Of a stretch of DNA of 64,000 nt, positions 54,287-64,000 are shown one piece after another. Every line of letters starts with the position of its first letter. Positions within the stretch are counted from its first letter, which is position 1. Below the pieces are notes generated by a model. It saw nothing but the letters and a program-made list of their open reading frames with translations, searched no databases and had not been told where the DNA came from. A program made the position numbers and the translations under genes. Source of the DNA: Nitrospirota bacterium (GTDB lineage Bacteria; Nitrospirota; UBA9217); contig CAVWHO010000020.1 of the NCBI GenBank assembly GCA_963754875.1, positions 32,001 through 96,000 of the forward strand, in the 5' to 3' direction.

Positions 54287-57200
54287 GCTGGATACAGGAC
54301 ATCATGGATCCCGAAGAAGCGGCTCTGGGAAGAGATGTACCGGAACCGCTGGCAGCATGACAAGCGCGTCCGCAGCACCCACGGCGTGAACTGCACCGGC
54401 GGTTGCTCCTGGGAAGTCTACGTGAAAGACGGCATCGTGACCTGGGAGATGCAGGCCACTGATTACCCGCGTCTCGAACCAGGCCTCCCGCCCTATGAGC
54501 CCCGCGGGTGCCAGCGCGGGATCACGTTCTCCTGGTATGTCTACAGCCCCTTGCGGGTCAAGTATCCCTACGTGCGAGGCGTCCTCCTAGACCTGTGGCG
54601 CACGGCGCGGGCAGCGCATGCAGATCCTGTTGCAGCCTGGGCCTCTATTGTCGAGAATGAGGCGAGCAGGAAGAGCTATCAGCAGGCGAGGGGCAAAGGG
54701 GGGCTGCGCCGGAGCACCTGGGACGAGGTGCTGGAGATCATTGCTGCGTCCACGATCTATACGGCAAAAAAATACGGGCCTGACCGGGTCATCGGCTTCT
54801 CTCCCATCCCCGCCATGTCCATGCTGAGTTATGCTGCGGGCACGAGGTTCCTCCAGCTTTTCGGCGGCGTGGCCCTGAGTTTCTACGACTGGTATGCTGA
54901 TTTTCCTCCTGCATCTCCCGAGGTCTGGGGCGAGAAAACGGACGTGGCCGAGAGCGCGGACTGGTACAACAGCAAATTCATCGTCACCATGGGCGCAAAT
55001 CTCAACATGACCCGAACGCCTGACGTGCATTTTGTTGCCGAAGCGCGGAACAACGGAACCAAGCTCGTCGTGTGCTCGCCGGACTTCAGCCAGGTCGCGA
55101 AATACGCCGACTGGTGGCTCCCGATCAACGCGGGACAGGACGGCGCTTTCTGGATGGCGGTCAATCACGTGATCCTGAAGGAATTTCATGTTGATTCCGA
55201 AGTCCCTTATTTTACCGATTATCTCAAACGCCTAAGCGACTGCCCCCTTTCTGGTGGAGCTGGAAGAACACGAGGGAGCATACACGGGCAGGGAGGTTTC
55301 TGCGCGCAGACCGTATAGATCGCTACCATAAAGAAGAAAAGGGCGAATGGAAGTTCCTCGTCTTCGACAGGATATCCAGCGAACCCCGCATGCCCAAGGG
55401 CAGCATCGGGTTCCGGTGGCAGGAGCAAAAAGGCAAGTGGAACCTCGAGATGAAGGACGGAACGGATGGAAGCGCGATCGATCCACTCCTCACACTCCTC
55501 GATACGCGCGAAGGCGCGCTCCCTATGGTCTTTACCGAATTCGCGAGCAAAAAAAACTTCTCCCGGCACGTACCGGTACGGTACGTGCAGACCGACAAGG
55601 GGAGGATAGCCGTTACAACGGTCTTCGACATTTTAATGGCGCAGCATGGTGTCGGCCGTGGGCTCGAAGGAGAATATCCGGAGAACTACGCTGCTCAGGA
55701 CGCTCCTTATACACCGGCCTGGCAGGAGCAGTATACCGGTATCAGCAGGGACACGGTGGTCCGCTTCGCCCGAGAATGGGCGCAGACCGCAGAGAAGACG
55801 AAGGGCAAGTGCATGGTCATCGTCGGCTCGGGTGTCAACCACTGGTACCATGCGAACATTACTTACCGGACCGCGATCACGGCGCTCATCCTTTGCGGCT
55901 GTGTTGGGAAGAACGGCGGCGGTCTGAACCACTACACAGGGCAGGAAAAGCTCGCGCCCGAGGCATCGTGGAAGAGCCTCGCCTTCGCCCTTGACTGGAC
56001 GCACGCTCCCCGGCTGGTGAATGCGCCGTCCTTTCATTACGTGCACTGCGACCAGTGGCGCTACGACGATCCGCAGCATGAGGGTGAGGTCCTGGGGTTC
56101 CGGCACCCCATGGACATGCAGGTGAACGCAGTGCGCCAGGGCTGGCTGCCCTTCTTCCCCCAGTTCAATCGAAATCCCATCGAGCTCGTGCGTGAGGCCG
56201 AAAAGGCAGGCGCAAAGAGCGAGACAGAAATCATCGACTGGCTCGTAAGACAGCTGAAGGAAAAGAAAGTGCAGTTCGCCGTGGAAGACCCGGACGCTCC
56301 CGAGAACTGGCCTCGCGTCTGGTATATCTGGAGGGGGAACGCGCTTTTGACGAGCGCCAAGGGGCATGAGTATTTTCTCCGCCATTATCTCGGCACGGAT
56401 TCGAATGCCGTGGCCGATGAAACAGGGAGCGATAAGACGAGCGAAGTAAAGCGGGATGGCCCGGTCCCCACGGGCAAGCTCGACCTCGTTGTGGACATCA
56501 ACTTCCGCATGGATTCCTCGGCCCTGTATTCGGACATCATTCTTCCGACTGCGACGTGGTATGAAAAGGACGATCTCAATACGACCGATCTCCACTCGTT
56601 CATCCATCCTTTGTCCGAAGCGGTCCCCCCGTGCTGGGAATCGAAGACCGACTGGGACATTTTCAAAGCCGTAGCGGAAAAGGTGAGCGAGCTCGCGCCT
56701 GCTCATTTTCCCGGGCCTTTTCGGGACATCGTGGCAGTTCCGCTCGGACACGATACGCCGCAGGAAATATCCCAGCCCGAGGTCAAGGACTGGTACCGGG
56801 GCGAGTGCGATCCCGTGCCGGGAACAGACCATGCCGCAATTCAAGGTGGTCGAGCGCGATTACGTAAATCTGCATAACCGTTTTGTCTCCTACGGACACC
56901 AGGAGCGGGACGAAGGCATGGCTGAACGCGGGATCCGGTGGGACATCAAGGACCTTTACGACGATTTCACGAAAGCTGCTCCGACGATCACCTGGAACGG
57001 AAAACAGTATCTTTCTCTTACGAATGTCCGGGAAGCAGCGAACGTGCTTCTTCATTTTGCGCCGGAGACGAACGGAGAGATCGCTCATCGAGGTTTCAAA
57101 GCACTCGAGAATGCGGTCGGACTTCCGCTTGCAGACCTTGCGGACGACAATCGTGCTGTCCGGCGAAGTTTTGACGACCTGGTTGCACAGCCCCGGAGGA

Positions 57201-57886
57201 TCCTCACGAGCCCGATGTGGACAGGCATCACGAACGAAGGCAGGGCCTATGCGTCCTTCTGTCTCAACGTCGAACGGCTCGTGCCGTGGCGCACGCTCAC
57301 GGGACGTCAGCATTTCTACGTAGACCATCAGGGATACATCGACTTCGGAGAAAACCTCCCGGCGTTCAAATCGAAGATCGGACTTCAGGACACGCGTGAT
57401 CTCTTGAAAAACGCTCCATCGGACAAGGCCCTCGTCCTCAACTGCATCACGCCCCACGGGAAATGGCACATCCACAGCACCTATTCCGATAACCTGATCA
57501 TGCTCACGCTTTCACGCGGCGTGGAGCCCTTCTGGTTGAACCTCGAGGATGCGAAAAAGATTGGAGTAAAGGACAACGATTGGATAGAGGTGTACAACGA
57601 CAACGGCGTGATCGTGACCCGCGCGGCAGTGAGTGTCCGCATCCCCCGGGGAGTCGGGATCTTTTACCATGCACCGGAGCGGACCGTCTCGTTCCCCAAG
57701 TCGCCCACAAGAAACAACCGGCGCGGAGGCGGGACGAACAGCATAACACGCATCCGGCTCAAGCCGTCGCTTATGGTCGGCGCATACGCGCAGCTGTCTT
57801 TTGCCTTCAATGCCTGGGGCCCTCCGGCAGGGGACCGGGACACGTACACGATCGTGCGCAAGCTGGAAGGGAAACCGGTTTTTTAG
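54283..57886 (+). CDS. narG: Respiratory nitrate reductase/nitrite oxidoreductase alpha subunit; frameshifts near 54312, 55247-55320 and 56827
   Basis: '[14 protein letters not shown]', 'EPRGCQRG', 'SFYDWYAD', 'ESADWYN', '[11 protein letters not shown]', '[12 protein letters not shown]'; no Tat signal. Confidence 0.92.
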
Positions 57887-57918
57887 CGAATCCTAAAATA
57901 GGTTCAGATGACAACAAA

Positions 57919-57993
57919 CGCACCCTAAAGGGTGCGGCTACAAAAAGAAATATCAACATGCTTCGTTTTGGTAGCCGCAGGCTTCAGCCTGCG
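57919..57993. repeat. Pair of inverted GTAG-type REP hairpins between narG and narH
   Basis: CGCACCC-taaa-GGGTGCG-GCTAC ... GTAGC-CGCAGGC-ttca-GCCTGCG. Confidence 0.75.
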
Positions 57994-58034
57994 AGAATAG
58001 CTTACAAGTCAGTGAGGGTTTGAAGGAGTTTCTC

Positions 58035-59524
58035 ATGAATATTCGCGCGCAGGTTTCCATGGTGTTTCATCTCGATAAATGCATCGGCTGCCACACTTGC
58101 AGCATCGCCTGCAAGAACATCTGGACGTCGCGCCGCGGGGCCGAGTACATGTGGTGGAACAACGTGGAGACCAAGCCCGGGACCGGCTATCCCACACTTT
58201 GGGAGGACCAGGAGAAATACTCCGGCGGATGGCTCAAGGGAAAGGACAAGCCGAAGCTCCGGCTCCAGGGCCGGGCCGGTGCGCTCGGCAATATCTTTTT
58301 CAATCCCCGCCTGCCGACCATGGATGACTATTACGAGCCCTGGACCTATCGCTACGAAGAGCTGTTCACCGCGCCGCAGGGGAAGGATCAGCCTGTTGCG
58401 GCCCCTGTTTCGCAGATGACGACACAAGCACATCGACATCGAGGCCGGCCCAAACTGGGACGATGACCTCGGGGGTTCGTCCATTTACGCAGCGAACGAT
58501 CCCAACTTCAAGGCTTTAACTGTGGAAGAGCGGAGGCAGGTCTTCGAACTCGAGCGCATGGTCATGTTCTATCTGCCGCGCATCTGCAACCACTGCCTGA
58601 ACCCCGGTTGCGTTGCAGCCTGTCCGTCCGGTGCGATCTACAAACGGGGAGAGGACGGCATAGTACTCGTGAGCCAGGAAAAATGCCGGGCCTGGCGCAT
58701 GTGCATCTCCGGGTGCCCGTACAAGAAAACCTATTTCAACTGGAACACGGGCAAGGCGGAAAAGTGCATCCTCTGCTATCCCCGGCAGGAAACAGGCCAG
58801 GCGCCTGCGTGTTTCCATTCCTGCGTCGGCCGCATCCGCTATCTGGGGGTCGTGCTCTATGACGCGGACCGGATCAGCGAGATGGCGAATTTGCCGGATA
58901 AAGACCTTGTTGAAGGCCAGCAATCGCTGATCCTCGATCCCTTTGACAAGGAAGTCGTTAAAAAAGCGAAAGAGGACGGCATTCCGGACGCTGTGCTCGA
59001 AGCGGCCCAAAAATCGCCGGTGTACTGGTTCGTAAAAGTATGGAAGCTGGCCCTGCCGCTCCATCCCGAGTTCCGGACCCTGCCCATGCTTTTTTACGTG
59101 CCTTCTCTCACGCCGGTTATGGCCTCGGTCTCGAACGGGCTCTACGAGCTCAAGGAATCTCTTTTCGGCACTTCCAACAGTTCCCGTGTCTCGACCCGCT
59201 ACCTTGCCTCGCTCTTTACTGCCGGAGACGAGGACGAAATCGTTCGGGTGAACAAAAAGCTCCTGGCAGTACGCATGTACAAACGGGCGGAAACCGTGGG
59301 AGACCTGGACCAAAAGGAAGTGAAGAGAATACTCGAGGAGGCGCGCACAACACCTGAAGAGGCTGAGGCGATCTTTCGGCTTGACTTCTCTGCCATCTTT
59401 CAAGGACCGGTTCGTGATACCGCCGTTCCTGCGCGAACAGGCTGTCGAGTCCCTGCAGAAGCCTCAAACCCACAAGGAGGAGGCGGGCTTCGGATTTATT
59501 CGTCCTCCGAAGCGCGGGTGGTAG
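58035..59524 (+). CDS. narH: Nitrate reductase beta subunit; frameshifts near 58420 and 59382
   Basis: 'DKCIGCHTCSIACKN', 'WWNNVETKPG', 'PRICNHCLNPGCVAACPSG', 'CRAWRMCISGCPYKK', 'EKCILCYPR'. Confidence 0.93.
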
Positions 59525-59527
59525 CTC

Positions 59528-60058
59528 ATGATGATGCAAATGAACAAAAATATATACAATTTGCTCGCTGATGTCCTTGAGTATCCCGGTCCCGGGGTCA
59601 GGGGGCAGGCGGAGGCGTGCAGCCTTGCTCTGAAATCCTTGAACGTGAAGGCACAAGGCCGTTTCGAAGCATTCTCGAAATTTTGCACAACCATGCCGGT
59701 CAGCCGCCTCGAAGAACTGTACACCGACACCTTTGATCTTCAGGCCATCTGCTGCCCCTACGTGGGCTTTCACCTCTTCGGCGAGGACCGCGGCCGGGGC
59801 ATGTTCATGGTCAAGTTGAAGGAGCATTACCGTAAAGAAGGCTATCCCGGGAACGGAGAGCTTCCTGACCATATCAGCGTCATGCTCCGCTTCCTGTCTC
59901 ACGCGGAACGTAATAACGAGACCATGGACCTGATCAGCTATTGCCTTATTCCGGCAATGAAAAAAATGGTTTCTCTATTCAAGGATAGCGCTAACCCCTA
60001 CCAAGGAGTCCTCGAAACGGCACTCGTGCTGCTCGAACCGGAAAAAGGCGGGTCCTAA
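59528..60058 (+). CDS. narJ: Nitrate reductase assembly chaperone
   Basis: 'LEYP', 'EELYTDTFDL', 'GEDRGRG', 'ELPDH'. Confidence 0.85.
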   Translation: MMMQMNKNIYNLLADVLEYPGPGVRGQAEACSLALKSLNVKAQGRFEAFSKFCTTMPVSRLEELYTDTFDLQAICCPYVGFHLFGEDRGRGMFMVKLKEHYRKEGYPGNGELPDHISVMLRFLSHAERNNETMDLISYCLIPAMKKMVSLFKDSANPYQGVLETALVLLEPEKGGS

Positions 60059-60062
60059 CCGA

Positions 60063-60668
60063 ATGTATATAATTGAAGAAGAAAAGAAGCTCAAGTTTGA
60101 AAAACTGCTTGCGGAGTCCGTGCATAGTCATGGACACCTGTGCCCCGGGCAGGTACTCGGCGTGAAGATGTCCCTTCGGGGGCTGTGCGAGATCGGCATT
60201 CAGGACCCGAAGTGCAAACAGCGAAAAGACTTCATCGTAATCGTTGAAATGGACCGCTGCGTGCTCGACGCGGTGCAGTCCGTGACCGGCTGCAGCCCGG
60301 GCCGAAGAACGTTAAAGTTCATGGATTACGGCAAAATGGCAGCGACCTTCGTTAACCTGCAGACGGGACGATCCGTCAGAATTCTTGCGCGGGAGGACTC
60401 CCGGGAACTGGCTAAAGAGTACGCGCCGGATTTCGCTGACGTCTACGCTGCACAGTGCGAAGCGTACAAAAACATGTCCGATGAGCTGCTGTTTGATGTT
60501 ACGAACGTTGAGGTCCTGCTAAGACCCGAAGACATGCCGGGCAGGCCGCTCAGACGTATCCGCTGTGACAGCTGCGGAGAACAGGTGCAGGACATGCGCG
60601 AGATCTATCGCAACGGGAAGGTGTTGTGCAAGCCCTGCGCTGATGGAGGGTATTACTTCACAAAGTAA
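60063..60668 (+). CDS. FmdE/FwdE-family protein with a C-terminal C4 zinc finger
   Basis: 'HGHLCPGQVLG', 'CVLDAVQSVTGCSPG', 'DYGK', 'CDSCGE...CKPC'. Confidence 0.88.
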   Translation: MYIIEEEKKLKFEKLLAESVHSHGHLCPGQVLGVKMSLRGLCEIGIQDPKCKQRKDFIVIVEMDRCVLDAVQSVTGCSPGRRTLKFMDYGKMAATFVNLQTGRSVRILAREDSRELAKEYAPDFADVYAAQCEAYKNMSDELLFDVTNVEVLLRPEDMPGRPLRRIRCDSCGEQVQDMREIYRNGKVLCKPCADGGYYFTK

Positions 60669-60691
60669 CTCTTAAAAGGAAGGGACCATTC

Positions 60692-61417
60692 ATGGCAGAA
60701 AGCATTTACTTTGTCGTATTTCCTTATATTGCCGTTGTGCTGGCCATGGGAGTTGGGCTCTATCGGTATTTCACGAACCGGTTCTCCTATTCGAGCATGT
60801 CCACCCAGTTTCTAGAAAACCGCGCACTCTTCTGGGGTTCAATTCCCTGGCATTACGGCATCGTACTTATCCTGATCGCCCACTTGCTTGCGACCGTGAT
60901 CCCGGGTTTTTGGGTTTCGCTTCATAGCAACAGGGTTTTGATGATGGTCATAGAGCTTGTCGGCGGGGCCCTGGGTCTGCTTACGCTTCTGGGCATCGCA
61001 GTCCTCATAATCCGAAGGCTCGTCAATGCAAAGACACGACACGTTACCACGGTCATGGACTGGATACTTCTTATTGACCTTTTGCTCCAGGTCGTCGCAG
61101 GCCTTTATATCGCACTCTTTGTGCGATGGGGGTCCCTATGGTATGAGTACATTGCCACACCGTGGCTCATTTCCCTCGCTGGGCTGTCGCCGCGGACCGA
61201 CTTGGTAACTTCGTTGCCGTGGATCGTCCGGTTCCACATGGTCAATGCCTTCGTCCTCATCGGCCTTTTTCCGTTCACCCGTCTTGTGCACATTTTTACC
61301 GTGCCGCTCTCCTACTTGTGGAGATCGTACCAGGTAACGATCTGGAACATTGATCGATCAGGAGGAAAAGCTGAGATGAAAGTCGAAACTAAAGGTAGTA
61401 CTCGTGAAGTGGATTGA
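60692..61417 (+). CDS. narI: Nitrate reductase gamma subunit (cytochrome b)
   Basis: 'FVVFPY', 'WHYGIVLILIAH', 'FHMVNA...FPFTRLVH'; 5 TM helices. Confidence 0.92.
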   Translation: MAESIYFVVFPYIAVVLAMGVGLYRYFTNRFSYSSMSTQFLENRALFWGSIPWHYGIVLILIAHLLATVIPGFWVSLHSNRVLMMVIELVGGALGLLTLLGIAVLIIRRLVNAKTRHVTTVMDWILLIDLLLQVVAGLYIALFVRWGSLWYEYIATPWLISLAGLSPRTDLVTSLPWIVRFHMVNAFVLIGLFPFTRLVHIFTVPLSYLWRSYQVTIWNIDRSGGKAEMKVETKGSTREVD

Positions 61418-61530
61418 AGGTTGGCATATCTCATATGCATTGCTCGGGCTTTGCCGCAGCCTCCGCGGTCGCGAACCTCTTTATCCGACGTTCGTTCGAA
61501 TCTGAAGTGGGACGCGCATGGGCTCGCCAT

Positions 61531-61594
61531 ACGGTACGAGTTTTTCAGGGCTAGTTCGTTGATTAAAAAATGGCGGGAGAGCATGAGAATCGAA
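61531..61594. mobile_element. att-like site 3: ~65-bp direct repeat of 41054-41120, including the tRNA-Sec-like core at 61571-61594
   Basis: ACGGTACGAG.TTTTCAGGGCTAGTTCGTTGATTAA....TGGCGGGAGAGCATGA.AAT is shared by both sites. Confidence 0.82.
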
Positions 61595-62109
61595 AACACT
61601 TGACGCTTAATGGAATCAAAGGCTTCCATCTACGTGCTGTATGATTGCTGTATAGCATTTTTTGGCTATCAGAATAAAAAGATAATTAATCACGCCGGAG
61701 TTGCAGCATCTCGCTTTTAACTAACACAGAACAACGGCTGCCCGAATGGACTTTCCGTGATGATCTATAGTGCGCACTTCATATCCATTGTATCCAGACT
61801 TCATTTCGAAGTTATTATCCAAACATAACATCAATCGTCATTTCTTGTTGTTTGTGACTGCTCTTTGCTTTTTCGATCCATTTATCCACATCGCTCCAGT
61901 CATCCTCCTCCCCGAAAAAACTCCGCCGAAGTCCTTGATCTCCATGATTAGACGGTTTTATTTGTGATAAGCTTACTATAGCGAAGTGCCCGACGCTGCA
62001 AGGCAGAAGCTCTAAATGAAGCAGTAACTCTGCTTAAAGTTGTGTTTTCGAATCTCAATGAACGGTTCGAACATGTCAACCGCGGAAAATACATATCAAA
62101 GAGGATGAC

Positions 62110-62517
62110 ATGACAAACAAATACGTATTACTACTGATTGCTTCATTGTCTTTAATGACTTTCCTCTTAGGTTGCGGCAAGGGGGGAAGCAATCCCTACT
62201 CATCGCCGAACGTGGCCGAAACTTGGAGTGGTATCTGGATTAGCAATAAAGTTATCTCATCTGGAACTTTTTCCATGACAATAACTCAATCGAATACGGC
62301 ATTCTCTGGCAGCATAACAATGAGTGGCTCTCCTTGTTTTTCAACTGCCACCATCGCCGACTGGACTGTTGCGGGGAATACGGTCAGTTGGAGTTCTCCT
62401 GAAATTGGTAATTTTACAGGGACTATTTCCGGAGCTACGATATCCGGGACTTACTCTGTGACCTCAGCAGGCGCATGCTTCGGCGATACCGGAATTTTTT
62501 CAGTCACAAGCACGTGA
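62110..62517 (+). CDS. Ser/Thr/Gly-rich beta-stranded lipoprotein
   Basis: Lipobox LLGC; 'TWSGIW.S', one Cys pair; GAGGA RBS. Confidence 0.7.
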   Translation: MTNKYVLLLIASLSLMTFLLGCGKGGSNPYSSPNVAETWSGIWISNKVISSGTFSMTITQSNTAFSGSITMSGSPCFSTATIADWTVAGNTVSWSSPEIGNFTGTISGATISGTYSVTSAGACFGDTGIFSVTST

Positions 62518-62679
62518 TGATATTACGTAACTCGTAGATGAGGGCAGGTGCAACTTTACAGAAAGTATTTCTCCTTGTCTCCCTCTTTGAAAGAGTAGTA
62601 AAAGCTAAAATGGCGCGGAATAGTCTTCTTTCACTCACTGAAAAGGGAAGTTTTCCTCAAAGTGCCTCAGTAAGCCGCT

Positions 62680-63327
62680 TCAGGCTGCTGCCCGGCGTTG
62701 GAAGTTCCGGAGGAACATTGTCACATCCGCATCGGTCACCTGCATGAAATCCTCGTAGTAACTGCCGACAGAAAAAAAATCCTCGGGCATGGCCAGACAA
62801 ACAAAGACATCGACCATCTTTTGCAATTCCGCTGCGGTCTCTGGAGGGGCAACCGGTACGGCGACGACGAGCTTCCCGACCTGTTGACGCTTCAACGTCT
62901 CCACGGCCGCCTTCATCGTAGCACCGGTAGCAACGCCGTCGTCGACAAGAATAATGGTTTTGCCCCGAAGGTTCACGAGCTTTTGACCGCCTCGGTACAG
63001 CCGCTGCCTGCGGGCGGTCTCCTCACGCTGACGTGCGGCCTCGCCGCGCAGATATTCCCTTGTGACGCCCGCCGAGGCAACAACGTCCTCGTTATAGACG
63101 ATGCTGCCGGTTTCGGAAATTGCACCTACAGCAAGCTCGGGTTGCCCGGGGTGTCCTATTTTCCGGACGATGAGGACGTCGAGAGGGGCTTTGAGGCGAT
63201 TCGCGATCTCGACACCGGTGACGACCCCGCCCCGGGGAAGCGCGAGTACGAGCATGTTCTTCTGGCCGATATATTCCTTCAAACGTTCCGCAAGCTGTGC
63301 TCCTGCATCTTTTCTGTCTTTGAACAT
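62680..63327 (-). CDS. Phosphoribosyltransferase family protein
   Basis: 'FKDRKDAG', 'LPRGGV', 'RKIGHP.QPELAVGA', PRPP motif 'ILVDDGVATGAT'. Confidence 0.92.
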   Translation of the reverse strand: MFKDRKDAGAQLAERLKEYIGQKNMLVLALPRGGVVTGVEIANRLKAPLDVLIVRKIGHPGQPELAVGAISETGSIVYNEDVVASAGVTREYLRGEAARQREETARRQRLYRGGQKLVNLRGKTIILVDDGVATGATMKAAVETLKRQQVGKLVVAVPVAPPETAAELQKMVDVFVCLAMPEDFFSVGSYYEDFMQVTDADVTMFLRNFQRRAAA

Positions 63328-63623
63328 GGTCAAGTCTCCTCATTTCATTTTATCAAATAAGCTTCTGAACCGTGATCGTTCTCTATGAACAACAGCAAGT
63401 TGCGGATTGTACGTATTCATTGCTTTTCCGAAACGAGAAAGGCTTTAGGCATTCGCCCTCCTGGTCTTCTGCTCATGAAGATTGAGTCCTGCGTGCGCAA
63501 GGACTGTTTCTCTGCCCATGACAAGGGACAAAGAGCAAAGTCCTGCAACATTCATCCTTGTCCGGCAGAGCTATAATGTAGATATCAGCAAGGACAATGT
63601 TCAGTGAAAAGAGGTGAGTGTGT

Positions 63624-63806
63624 ATGAACGTCAACCTGGAGAAGAACGAGCGGGATTTGCTCGTCACCGAGCTGGAAAATACCACAATTCCCCAGCTCAG
63701 GGAACTGATTGCCTCGGGGAGCATGCGGAAAAAAGGCCGCGATGAACTGAAGCTGGACGAGGAAGTTCTCAAGGGCTTGCTCGAGAAACTGAAAAAGGCT
63801 GCCTGA
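63624..63806 (+). CDS. Small hypothetical protein
   Basis: GAGGTG RBS; amphipathic helical sequence. Confidence 0.55.
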   Translation: MNVNLEKNERDLLVTELENTTIPQLRELIASGSMRKKGRDELKLDEEVLKGLLEKLKKAA

Positions 63807-64000
63807 TCTGCAGCAATGGTGTTTCCGGGAAATAATTTCGCAGCCGCCCGATGGAGCCGGGCGAAAGAGAGAAGGAGTGCATCAATTGTGCACTCCTTTT
63901 TGCATTTTACGGCAGCCCGTCATGAATTGTAACAATGAACTATTTGAACTTCATACCAGCCTATCTCAAGCTTCCTTCCGGCATATTGATGCACAAAGCG

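Noticed and set aside
54283..59524. narG/narH as pseudogenes or programmed frameshifts
   Set aside because: The indels are scattered single bases at short runs, as elsewhere in the window, and all cofactor motifs are intact. Assembly error is more likely.
61571..61670. Intact tRNA-Sec gene
   Set aside because: Only about 24 nt of the 3' end are present; no matching 5' acceptor strand or anticodon arm is found at any of the three sites.
62698..63360. 220-aa plus-strand ORF
   Set aside because: It is the antisense shadow of the phosphoribosyltransferase gene.
1..64000. CRISPR array, integron attC array, integrase or transposase
   Set aside because: I found no regularly spaced repeats, no recurring attC-like sites and no recombinase motifs.

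Overview
This bacterial window is almost entirely + strand. It is probably from an anaerobic Nitrospirota/Desulfobacterota-like genome (inference from the dsrP-like gene, rubredoxin and repeat families). Many single-base frameshifts look like long-read assembly errors. (1) 1-24 kb is GC-rich. It carries a giant DUF11/isopeptide-pilin-like surface protein (>2690 aa, 5' end outside the window) and a 1714-aa triple-OmpA plus beta-barrel protein. These are followed by a TPR-TPR-TPR-small protein-MotA-ExbD-ExbD-TonB-C operon and pal, matching the Myxococcus Agl-Glt 'core' machinery. (2) Three copies of a tRNA 3' end with an 8/5 acceptor/T-arm geometry (tRNA-Sec-like; 24424, 41095, 61571) are flanked by IHF-like sites and 11-bp-period arm repeats. 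They delimit two tandem, integrase-free islands. Island A (24.4-41.1 kb) holds cyclic beta-1,2-glucan synthase with an in-frame palindromic insert, an RNB ribonuclease, hicBA, DUF1003, lmo0937, BON and ftsH. Island B (41.1-61.6 kb) holds redox and stress genes, an orphan dsrP-like gene, a diguanylate cyclase and a cytochrome c-narG-narH-narJ-fmdE-narI operon, whose NarG resembles Nitrobacter-type NxrA. (3) 61.6-64 kb is the probable start of a third element (lipoprotein, phosphoribosyltransferase). All family calls come from motif recognition by eye, not from database searches.
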